From the NCBI GenBank assembly GCA_046483985.1, contig JAWOCD010000056.1, forward strand, positions 32,780-96,779: a DNA stretch of 64,000 nt. Reading direction: 5' to 3'. The stretch comes from Promethearchaeia archaeon (lineage in GTDB: Archaea; Asgardarchaeota; Lokiarchaeia; Sigyniarchaeales; SOKP01). The position numbers were made by a program, and so were the translations under genes. The notes under the pieces were generated by a model. The model ran no database searches. It saw only the letters and a program-made list of their open reading frames with translations, and had not been told where the DNA came from. Every line of letters starts with the position of its first letter. Position 1 is the stretch's first letter. Below are positions 30,571 to 38,767 of the stretch, one piece after another.

Positions 30571-31161
30571 ATGCCCAAATTTAACTTGCCTTATCAATTT
30601 GAGATAAGTATTATAATGGAAATGGAGGATAAGCCGAATGAAGAACAACGCTTATATTTGAGAAAAGGGCATTCCGAAACATTTCACCATTTGCTCATCA
30701 AGATTTTAGCGTATTGCTTTTTCTGGAATGAGCCAGAACGATTAATCATTGAGCCGAGCTTTCGGTTTCGAGGATATAAGCCCGATTTACTCTCGCTTGT
30801 CCCTCCAGCCAATCCCCGCAAGTTAGAACAAGAGGTAGGTATTTGGGTTGAATGTAAAAATGTAACACTTAAAAAGTTAGAAAAACTATCTAAAGCACTT
30901 CCACGAAGCAAAATTTGCTGGTTTAATCTTGAATCCTCTTTCCGAGGGCTCTTTAAGAGTCTAAAACAACGAAAAAAGCTGTTCTCCCATAGGAACTTAA
31001 AATTAATAGGAATCAAGTTGGAAAAGGACGTTTATGAGTTCTTAGCTTATAATTTGGGACGGAAAAATCCGATATGGTATGTAAGTCGAAATCTCAATAC
31101 TTTCGAGATATCCAACGGAAGTTGGATTAAAAATGTTGAATTCTTGAAGCTCCTTGAATAA
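30571..31161 (+). CDS. YaeQ-like PD-(D/E)XK-fold protein
   Basis: ETFHHLLIKILAY, YKPDL and WVEC motifs. Confidence 0.6.
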   Translation: MPKFNLPYQFEISIIMEMEDKPNEEQRLYLRKGHSETFHHLLIKILAYCFFWNEPERLIIEPSFRFRGYKPDLLSLVPPANPRKLEQEVGIWVECKNVTLKKLEKLSKALPRSKICWFNLESSFRGLFKSLKQRKKLFSHRNLKLIGIKLEKDVYEFLAYNLGRKNPIWYVSRNLNTFEISNGSWIKNVEFLKLLE

Positions 31162-31207
31162 AGAGAGATCTCACCCATATCACCTATTTTGGGAAATCGA
31201 GAAATGG

Positions 31208-31729
31208 TTATTGGGTTTTTTTCTCGAAATAATCCATAAGATGGGCCTTCAAAATCTTCCTAAAAGAGGCTAAACGGGATACATCAACGCATCCGTCAAG
31301 CTCATTCTTATAGAGATTATTAAACATATCTAATACCTTTTCCGCTTCAGATCGAATTTTCTTTTGAGAAAAATCAGAACTCATAAGAGCAATTAGTAAC
31401 AATCCATGTCTTTTGACAATGGTAATATCCGTATCTTTCCCAAGTTTTTCTGATATTAATTTCCTTCCCAAATCCCGATGGTTCCCAAGTGATAGTGCTC
31501 CCGCAAACGAGGAAAGATGTATAGGATTAATTTCTGAATCTAACACGAAATCCATCAGATGTTCACCATTCTGCTTACAGATGATGACCCCTTTCAGCAA
31601 AGTTTTTATTATCCCGGTGAAATCATCGCTCAATTTATTCCTCACCAAAAAGTAGTGCAGTTCGGTTTGATGGAAAAAAATTTTATTCCTAATAATTTCA
31701 TCTAAAATAAACATAAAAAGATACGACAA
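31208..31729 (-). CDS. Longin-like domain protein (start uncertain)
   Basis: VIICKQNGEHL...LSSFAGAL...LLLIALM...VLDMFNNLY...DVSRLASF pattern typical of Asgard longins. Confidence 0.55.
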   Translation of the reverse strand: MSYLFMFILDEIIRNKIFFHQTELHYFLVRNKLSDDFTGIIKTLLKGVIICKQNGEHLMDFVLDSEINPIHLSSFAGALSLGNHRDLGRKLISEKLGKDTDITIVKRHGLLLIALMSSDFSQKKIRSEAEKVLDMFNNLYKNELDGCVDVSRLASFRKILKAHLMDYFEKKTQ

Positions 31730-31768
31730 AATTAAGATTGTTCTACGGGTTTTGACATAATAAAAATT

Positions 31769-32707
31769 CTATAATTTTTTCCAGAAAACCTTGCCTTTAT
31801 AGAGCATTTTGTTAATTTCATTATTTTGGGAGAGCTTTTTTAATTTTCCCAAAATCTGTTCTTGATTTAATGTTTCGTTACAAAAAGTCTTAAAAATTTG
31901 GTCTTCCCGCATAGGATGACGTTCGATTATATTTATTAACTCTTGTTCAAAATTCCCAGAATATTTATGAAAATTCCCGATTTCAGGAAAGTTGATTTCA
32001 CTGTCTTTTCCATATTTTCCGAAAATCCGGTTAAGTCTGTGGAATACTGATTTGTCAGGGATATCGACCCATTCTTCTGCTGGAGGACGGATCGGAACAT
32101 TAATATCAATTCTCTTGGGTTTGATAAGATCCAATTTTTTCTTAATGCTTATCAACTCCTTTTCTGAGTCGTTTATCCCTTTCATCAGCATCACCTCCAA
32201 CCAAAACTCTCCCGAGAATTGTTCCCGAAACCGAATATAGGAATCAACAAGTCTCTCGAATTCAATGTCTGGATGAGGGCGATTAATGGCAATGAATTTT
32301 TTCTTATTCCCCGCATCTAATGTTGGTAAGACCACATCAGCCATCAGTAACGCATCAAAAACTTTTTCCTTGCACATTAATGCGCCATTGGTAATAACAC
32401 AGATTGGTTTGGTGGTGAATTCTTTAATCTTTTTGATCAGATAATCCAGCCTTTTATATAAGGTCGGTTCCCCGCTGCCAACAAGCGTAATATAGTCCAT
32501 TTCCCCTTGGTTTTCATCAATCGCGGTTTGTAATTCCTTGAGTATTTCATCTGGCGGAAAAAACTCTTGCAATAGGTTTGTAAAATTAGTTGTCTTCCCG
32601 AGTTGACAGTATATACACTGATAATTACAAGTCTTAGAGGGAATCGGATCTATCCCCAAGGACTGTCCTAATCTACGACTCGGAACTGGTCCAAAAATAT
32701 ATTTCAT
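31769..32707 (-). CDS. Radical SAM protein (TYW1-like stand-alone family)
   Basis: FGPVPSRRLGQSLGID, CNYQCIYCQLG and GSGEPTL motifs. Confidence 0.9.
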   Translation of the reverse strand: MKYIFGPVPSRRLGQSLGIDPIPSKTCNYQCIYCQLGKTTNFTNLLQEFFPPDEILKELQTAIDENQGEMDYITLVGSGEPTLYKRLDYLIKKIKEFTTKPICVITNGALMCKEKVFDALLMADVVLPTLDAGNKKKFIAINRPHPDIEFERLVDSYIRFREQFSGEFWLEVMLMKGINDSEKELISIKKKLDLIKPKRIDINVPIRPPAEEWVDIPDKSVFHRLNRIFGKYGKDSEINFPEIGNFHKYSGNFEQELINIIERHPMREDQIFKTFCNETLNQEQILGKLKKLSQNNEINKMLYKGKVFWKKL

Positions 32708-32745
32708 TGTTCCATAAAAATTTTAAAGAAAATAAAAAAGAAAAA

Positions 32746-33639
32746 TTATTGATCTTCTTGATCCTTTTCCAAAATATTTCTGATCGTGTCCACAGATTTT
32801 TTAAATGCCTTAGCGCTCTTGCTGTCGGGGTATTTTACAACGAATGGTAATCCTTGGTCTCCTTGCTGTCCAATTTCGGTCTCAAATGGAATTTGTCCTA
32901 GCAGTCGAATATCAAAATCTTTTGCGGCTTTTTTTGCCCCTCCCGGCGGATATAAGTCAATATGTTCCCCACAGTGAGGACATTCAAATCCGCTCATATT
33001 TTCAATGATCCCGAGCACATCCCGTTCCATTTTTTCCGACATCGCAATTGTTTTACGGGCATCCATAAGGGCAACTTCTTGCGGAGTGGTTATGACAATT
33101 ACATGCTCATCGGGGATCAATTGTAATATATCCAGCGTCTCATCAGAAGTTCCTGGAGGTAAATCAAAAATCATATAATCTAGATCTCCCCAAATACAAT
33201 CACCGAGGAACTGTCGAATTGCTCCCATTTTCATAGGACCTCTCCAAATCACAGGAGTATCTTGATCTTCGGTTAAAAAGGACATAGATAATACTTTGAC
33301 GCCTAATGGTCCGTCCACGGGAAAAAACTTTTTATTATTCGTATCTACTCTTGGTTTTAATTCGGGGCTAATGCCTAACATTTTAGTCACATTTGCTCCA
33401 GTAATATCCACATCCATAATTCCTACTTTCAGTCCAACACTTGCTAAGCTCATCGCTAGATTGACTGCAACTGTTGTTTTTCCTACTCCCCCTTTTCCAC
33501 TAATGATTACCAATTTATGTTTTATCCTAGACATGTTTTTCTTGATTTCTTGCATCCGTTTCTTCATTTGTTCCTTTTTTCCTTGCTGAACTGTCTTATC
33601 CATATCTATCTTATCAGGAATGCCTTCCTTTTTACTCAT
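32746..33639 (-). CDS. mrp: Mrp/NBP35/ApbC Fe-S cluster carrier ATPase
   Basis: SGKGGVGKTT, VIWRGP, DLPPGTSD, TTPQ and ENMSGFECPHCG motifs. Confidence 0.95.
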   Translation of the reverse strand: MSKKEGIPDKIDMDKTVQQGKKEQMKKRMQEIKKNMSRIKHKLVIISGKGGVGKTTVAVNLAMSLASVGLKVGIMDVDITGANVTKMLGISPELKPRVDTNNKKFFPVDGPLGVKVLSMSFLTEDQDTPVIWRGPMKMGAIRQFLGDCIWGDLDYMIFDLPPGTSDETLDILQLIPDEHVIVITTPQEVALMDARKTIAMSEKMERDVLGIIENMSGFECPHCGEHIDLYPPGGAKKAAKDFDIRLLGQIPFETEIGQQGDQGLPFVVKYPDSKSAKAFKKSVDTIRNILEKDQEDQ

Positions 33640-33900
33640 TCTTCATCATCCTTTATATTTCGATTTTTATTATATTTAATTTAAATTTTCTAATAAATTA
33701 AAGTACCTAAATATTAAATTACTAATCGTTTTAGTTTATAAATTGTTTTTGTAATAGATCTATTTCAATTAGGACTGCTTGTACATGATATTTAGTTTCT
33801 GCGTATTCATCAATCTAAACAAGTCAATGAATCCGAGCTTACTCGTTTTAATATTTAAAATCATCAAATTTAAATACTCCTAATTTTTTTTGTATTTAAA

Positions 33901-33922
33901 TAATTGAATAATTATTCAATTA
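33901..33922. promoter_or_regulatory. Perfect 22-bp palindromic operator between divergent mrp and nifX-like operons
   Basis: TAATTGAATAATTATTCAATTA abutting a TTTAAATA TATA box. Confidence 0.7.
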
Positions 33923-33998
33923 AAATTAATAATGAACGAAGATTATTAAAGATATAACAAAATAAAAAAAAAAATACAATTAAGAGGTTTAAAATATA

Positions 33999-34466
33999 AT
34001 GACAAAAATAGCGATACCTAGCTTTGGACAAGGCGGCTTGAATGTTCAAGTAAATCCTCGCTTTGGGCGAACTAAAAGTTTTACTATCGTCACAGTCGAG
34101 AAAGATAAAATTGAGAGCGTTAAAGCTGTTCCAAATTCTGCAGCAAATGCAATGGGTGGTGCTGGAATCCAAGCAGCACAAATTGTTGGGAATAATGGAG
34201 CTGATGTGATAATTGTTGGTAATGTCGGTCCAAATGCTGCTCAATCCTTAAGCGCCTTGAATCTCAAAATTTACCAAACCCCCTCAAGACAAATCACCGT
34301 CAAAGAAGCAGTTCAATTATACATAGATGGAGATTTAAATGAGATCAGCAATGCTAATGTCGGTGCCCATTATGGTATGGGTGGCGGTGGCGGTGGTCGC
34401 GGTATGGGCGGTGGTGGCGGTGGCGGTGGTCGCGGTATGGGCGGTGGCAGCCGCAGAAATCTTTAA
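33999..34466 (+). CDS. NifB/NifX family cofactor-binding protein with Gly-rich tail
   Basis: KIAIP, PRFGR, GGAGIQAAQ and GNVGPNA motifs; GMGGGGGGR repeats. Confidence 0.9.
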   Translation: MTKIAIPSFGQGGLNVQVNPRFGRTKSFTIVTVEKDKIESVKAVPNSAANAMGGAGIQAAQIVGNNGADVIIVGNVGPNAAQSLSALNLKIYQTPSRQITVKEAVQLYIDGDLNEISNANVGAHYGMGGGGGGRGMGGGGGGGGRGMGGGSRRNL

Positions 34467-34556
34467 AGATCTAGAAAACCAACTGAATTTTTTATCTTAA
34501 TTCTAAGTATCAAATTATATTTTTATTTTATAATTCAAACAAATTAATGAGAAAAA

Positions 34557-35504
34557 ATGTCAAGTAAAGCAAAACCAATAAAGATTTGCATAACTGGCGG
34601 TAAAGGAGGGACAGGCAAAACGCTTTGTGCGGTAAATATTGCCAGCATGTTCAAGAACGATGGCTTCAAAACCTTATTATTGGACGGCGATGTGGAGAAT
34701 CCCAATACCTACTTATTACTTGGTGGAGAATTAGAAAATAAACAAGAAGTTCCGTTTTTTAAACCAAATATTGTTGAAGAAAAATGCGAAAAATGCGGAA
34801 AATGTGCTGAGAACTGCGCACCGCATGCCTTATTATATGTGAAGGGTAAAGTACCTATACCGATTCTGAATGTATGTTCTGGTTGTAAGTTATGTTATAA
34901 AATATGTCCAGCAGACGCAATAGAAGCGCAAACCAAACCAATCGGTTGGACATACTCAACCGAAGCAAGAGGAATTTCTCTCCGTGTCGGCGAGTTAAAA
35001 ACTGGGGAAGCACGCTCGGTCGAAGTTGTTGATACATTAATTGAAGACTTGGAAAAAGAGTTAAAGGAGTCACCCGAGAAATACGATATTATTGTATATG
35101 ATACTGCCCCTGGAGCACACTGTGATGTGGAATCTTTAATCGGGAAAGCCGACTATGTTATTCCTGTGACGGAGCCCACCAAATTTGGAAAATTAGATTT
35201 ATTACGGATAATTGAACTGATTAAGCTCCTGAAAAAAGATTATAAAGCAATTGTAAATCGATCCTCGCTCTTGGGATTTAAGGAGCAATTCATGAAGGAA
35301 CTTGAAGAACAAGATGTTAGTGTACTAGGCGATATTCCCCTCGATGACGAGATAGTAAAATCCTATTGCGATGGAGTTCCAATTATGGATGAAGATGGCA
35401 AATACGACCAAACCAGCGAAGGGTACAAGGCATTTCAAGAGATTTTCATAAATCTTAAGGAATGGATAAATCTTAATGATATTCAGACCGAGGGCGATAA
35501 TTAA
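34557..35504 (+). CDS. MinD-superfamily P-loop ATPase with inserted 2x[4Fe-4S] domain
   Basis: GGKGGTGKT, DGDVENPN, two CxxCxxCxxxC motifs, DTAPG and VTEPT. Confidence 0.92.
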   Translation: MSSKAKPIKICITGGKGGTGKTLCAVNIASMFKNDGFKTLLLDGDVENPNTYLLLGGELENKQEVPFFKPNIVEEKCEKCGKCAENCAPHALLYVKGKVPIPILNVCSGCKLCYKICPADAIEAQTKPIGWTYSTEARGISLRVGELKTGEARSVEVVDTLIEDLEKELKESPEKYDIIVYDTAPGAHCDVESLIGKADYVIPVTEPTKFGKLDLLRIIELIKLLKKDYKAIVNRSSLLGFKEQFMKELEEQDVSVLGDIPLDDEIVKSYCDGVPIMDEDGKYDQTSEGYKAFQEIFINLKEWINLNDIQTEGDN

Positions 35505-35505
35505 A

Positions 35506-36423
35506 ATGGAGAAAAAACAAATCGGTATTATATCGGGCAAAGGCGGCGTGGGAAAAACATCATTAACGGCATCTTTGGCATTCTTGGCAAAGCAAGATAA
35601 AGATGTAGACCCAATCATCTTGGATTGCGATGTGGATGCCCCCAATTTAGCTCTTATTTTACCTTCAGATGGAGAAGAGGACGAGAAGGAAGTGTATACT
35701 ACCTTAAAGGCCGAATTTTTAGAGGGTAAGTGCGTGCATTGTAAAGAATGTATAAACGAGCATTTCTGTGAATTCAATGCATTAAGCTGGGATGAGAAAA
35801 AAGAAGTCCCCGTCATTGATTACTTGGCGTGCGAGGGCTGTAATGCCTGTAAAGTTTTATGCCCTGAACACGCTTTCAAGATAGAACCGGTTAATAGCGG
35901 ACAAATAATTTCTTATATTTCAAAAATAGGACTTCCCCTTGTTTACGGCAGAACCCACTTAGGTAGTACCACCTCCGGTAAATTGGTGGATGAATGCAAA
36001 GAATTCACAAAAACACTGGACGAGTATGAAAATTCTAACTTATTAATCATTGATGGGCCCCCGGGGATTGGATGTCCCGTGATTGCAACCGTATCTGGAC
36101 TTGATTACGTAATTATCATTTGCGAGCCAACCCCTTCTGGGCTACACGATGTTAAACGGGCCATAGAAGTAGTCAAACAGTTCGAGATTCCTTTTGGAAT
36201 TGTGATCAATAAATACGATTTGAAAAGTTCATTCCAAGAGGAATTTAACGAATTTATAGAACGAACTGGTTATGATATTTTGGGAAAAATCCCATTCGAC
36301 ATCTCAATCCCGAAGGCAATGAGTCATACAGATGCGGTGGTCCAATATGCTCCAAAATCCGAAGCCAGTAAAGCAATTGAAAAGATCTATGAAAATTTGA
36401 AAAAGAAAATAAATAAACCTTGA
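35506..36423 (+). CDS. MinD-superfamily P-loop ATPase with inserted 2x[4Fe-4S] domain (second paralog)
   Basis: SGKGGVGKT, DCDVDAPN, ferredoxin Cys motifs, SGKLV and DGPPGIGCPV; start placed at the ATG after the upstream stop. Confidence 0.92.
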   Translation: MEKKQIGIISGKGGVGKTSLTASLAFLAKQDKDVDPIILDCDVDAPNLALILPSDGEEDEKEVYTTLKAEFLEGKCVHCKECINEHFCEFNALSWDEKKEVPVIDYLACEGCNACKVLCPEHAFKIEPVNSGQIISYISKIGLPLVYGRTHLGSTTSGKLVDECKEFTKTLDEYENSNLLIIDGPPGIGCPVIATVSGLDYVIIICEPTPSGLHDVKRAIEVVKQFEIPFGIVINKYDLKSSFQEEFNEFIERTGYDILGKIPFDISIPKAMSHTDAVVQYAPKSEASKAIEKIYENLKKKINKP

Positions 36424-36563
36424 TTTTTTAAAAATCTTAAAGTGATGTAAGAATTTGAACTCAATAATTTATAATCAATAAAAGTAGAAATTAATAACTA
36501 TACTTTAGTCTTATATTATAAATAAAAATGAGAAATGGTTTTAACCAAAATAGGTGAAAAAAG

Positions 36564-37049
36564 ATGCCTCAAAATTTTATGGAATTGTATAAATATTTGC
36601 CGCAAACCAATTGTAAGAAATGCGGTAAACCAACATGCATGGCCTTCGCGTTAGACCTCCTGAAAGGGAAAGTAAGTCTCGAAGATTGTACCCCTTTAAT
36701 GGAAGAAGAGAAATATACGGATAAATTAGAGAAATTAAAGGAAATGTTGGGAGGGACGGGCGGTGAAGAAAAAGAATTACATATTGATATTGACGAAGAT
36801 GCTTGCGATGGATGTGGTATTTGTGTTACGGCTTGTCCAGTAAATGCGCGATATTGTCCTGCATCAACAAGTGGAAAAGCGCCAGATTATCCTCCCGATA
36901 AACATCAATTATTTCAAGTGGTAGATGGGGTCTGTGAACTTTTGAATCTTGAACACTGTCGTCGCCTTGCGGCTGAGGGTCGGGAACGGGAATGCCGCGT
37001 TTGTGAGGAGTATTGTCCACGCGAAAGTATTGAGATCGCATATGTTTAA
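36564..37049 (+). CDS. fwdG: FwdG-like 4Fe-4S protein fused to an N-terminal AcsC/RnfB-type Fe-S domain
   Basis: LPQTNCKKCGKPTCMAFA...C plus CDGCGICVTACPVNA...GK...VVDG...C...CRVCEEYCP. Confidence 0.7.
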   Translation: MPQNFMELYKYLPQTNCKKCGKPTCMAFALDLLKGKVSLEDCTPLMEEEKYTDKLEKLKEMLGGTGGEEKELHIDIDEDACDGCGICVTACPVNARYCPASTSGKAPDYPPDKHQLFQVVDGVCELLNLEHCRRLAAEGRERECRVCEEYCPRESIEIAYV

Positions 37050-37079
37050 TTAATTTAATAAGAGATGATATGAAAAAAT

Positions 37080-38384
37080 ATGAAAAGATTTATTTGTTGT
37101 GGTTGTTCTTTATTATGTGATGATGTATTAGTTGGTATGGACGGTTCTAAAATAGACAAGATGTTAGGTGTTTGCCTAAAAGGAAAAGAACGGATCGATC
37201 AGGTCAATTCGGAAAATCGAATTACCAAACCAATGATTCGAAAGGGGGGAGATCTGAAAGCAGTAGAATGGGAAAAAGCTATGGAAAAAGTGAAGGAACT
37301 TTTGGGAAAATCATCAAATCCTTTACTTTATGGATTTTCAAACTCAACTTGCGAGGCGCAAGCAAAAGCAATTGAACTAGCGCAAACTATCGATGGATAT
37401 ATTGATTCTAATTCAGCGATATGTCAAGGAAAGGTGATGGATGTAATTAAAGAAAAGGGCGTTAATTTGACTTCCCTCACAGAAATTCTTAATAAATCTG
37501 ATGTAATAACTCTTTGGGGAGCAAATCCCATAGAAAGTATTCCCCGATTAATTAATAAAATTTTATTTTCCCGTGGGAAGTTTCGAATGACCGGAAGGGA
37601 GATTAAGACGATAATAATCGTTGACCCCCTTAAAACGGCAAGTCGGGGGGTAATGCAAGTCCGTGACCTTGCATTGCAAATTGAACCAGATAAAGATTTA
37701 GAATTAATAAGAGTATTACAAGACAAATATAGAGAAGATAAACCCTTACCAGACAAGATCACTGGAATTGATAAATCAGATATAAAGAGATTTCTTCTTA
37801 ATCTAAGCAAAGCTGAGAACGGTGTAATTATCGTTGGACAAGGGCTTATTCACCCTCATGAAGGGAGAGAAACCTTAAATGAACTAATCCGGCTTGTGAA
37901 TCTAGTTAATGAGAACTCGGAAAAGGGCAGATTATCCTTGCTCATGATGGGGGGGCATTATAATATGGCAGGTTTTGAACAAATGGCATTAACGCTAACC
38001 GGAAAACATAATAGCATCCAATTTAAAAATGATCAATTACAAGACACAGATAAAACATTAGTGGATAAAATAGCAGATGAAGATTTTGATCTTTCTTTCT
38101 TTATGGGAACAGACCCTATTTCCCACTTTCCTTCGACTTTAAGTAAAAAAATAGCTTCAAAACCGATCATTGTTGCGGATAATCGGCAATCAGGAACCAC
38201 GATGTTGGCGGATGTCGTTCTCCCTACAGCAATTACTGGAGTTGAATGCGGTGGTACCGCGATTCGTCTCGACCAAGTACCAATAGAGGTTAAGGGCATC
38301 TTTGAACCACCTGAAAAGGTTCCAACAGATGAAGAATTGCTGACTAATATTATAGCAAAACAAACAGGAGGGGACGAAGAATGA
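37080..38384 (+). CDS. fwdB: Formylmethanofuran dehydrogenase subunit B-like (divergent)
   Basis: CCGCSLLCDD, PLLYGFSNSTCEAQ, WGANP, GHYN and GVECGGTAIRLDQVP motifs. Confidence 0.85.
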   Translation: MKRFICCGCSLLCDDVLVGMDGSKIDKMLGVCLKGKERIDQVNSENRITKPMIRKGGDLKAVEWEKAMEKVKELLGKSSNPLLYGFSNSTCEAQAKAIELAQTIDGYIDSNSAICQGKVMDVIKEKGVNLTSLTEILNKSDVITLWGANPIESIPRLINKILFSRGKFRMTGREIKTIIIVDPLKTASRGVMQVRDLALQIEPDKDLELIRVLQDKYREDKPLPDKITGIDKSDIKRFLLNLSKAENGVIIVGQGLIHPHEGRETLNELIRLVNLVNENSEKGRLSLLMMGGHYNMAGFEQMALTLTGKHNSIQFKNDQLQDTDKTLVDKIADEDFDLSFFMGTDPISHFPSTLSKKIASKPIIVADNRQSGTTMLADVVLPTAITGVECGGTAIRLDQVPIEVKGIFEPPEKVPTDEELLTNIIAKQTGGDEE

Positions 38385-38755
38385 AATTTAAGGTAAGTAG
38401 TATTCGGATGTTAGAGAACGATCAAGCTCGCGAGTACACCTTCGGGGACGAAGAGTCCTTTCAAAAGAACTTAGCGATTGGATTAATTCATCCCGATGAT
38501 TTTGAGGACCTCGGAATGACGAAAAGCTTGCCTCTTCATTTAAAAAATGAATTTGGGGAAGTAAACATATGGGTGAAAAGAGATGAGGGTGTCCCGAGAG
38601 GAAATATCTATATGCCAACCTCAATTTATTTTAACCAAATAAGCGGAGTGAAAAATGGAGAAATTGTCTATAAAAATGTAGAATGCGAGGCTCGTCCCAC
38701 TCGTGATCAGCCATTAAAAAGGGAAAAATTACTCGAAAAAATTAAAGAATCTTAA
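38381..38755 (+). CDS. fwdD: Formylmethanofuran dehydrogenase subunit D-like (divergent)
   Basis: IHPDDFEDLG...NEFGEV...VPRGNIYMP double-psi barrel pattern; overlaps the fwdB stop. Confidence 0.8.
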   Translation: MKFKVSSIRMLENDQAREYTFGDEESFQKNLAIGLIHPDDFEDLGMTKSLPLHLKNEFGEVNIWVKRDEGVPRGNIYMPTSIYFNQISGVKNGEIVYKNVECEARPTRDQPLKREKLLEKIKES

Positions 38756-38767
38756 AGGTGTTAAAAA

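Noticed and set aside
34374-34448. GGY-rich tandem repeat
   Set aside because: Explained by the Gly-rich coding tail common in NifX-like proteins
37080-38384. Selenocysteine in the FwdB-like protein
   Set aside because: The metal-ligand position is a TGT Cys codon and the ORF has no in-frame TGA
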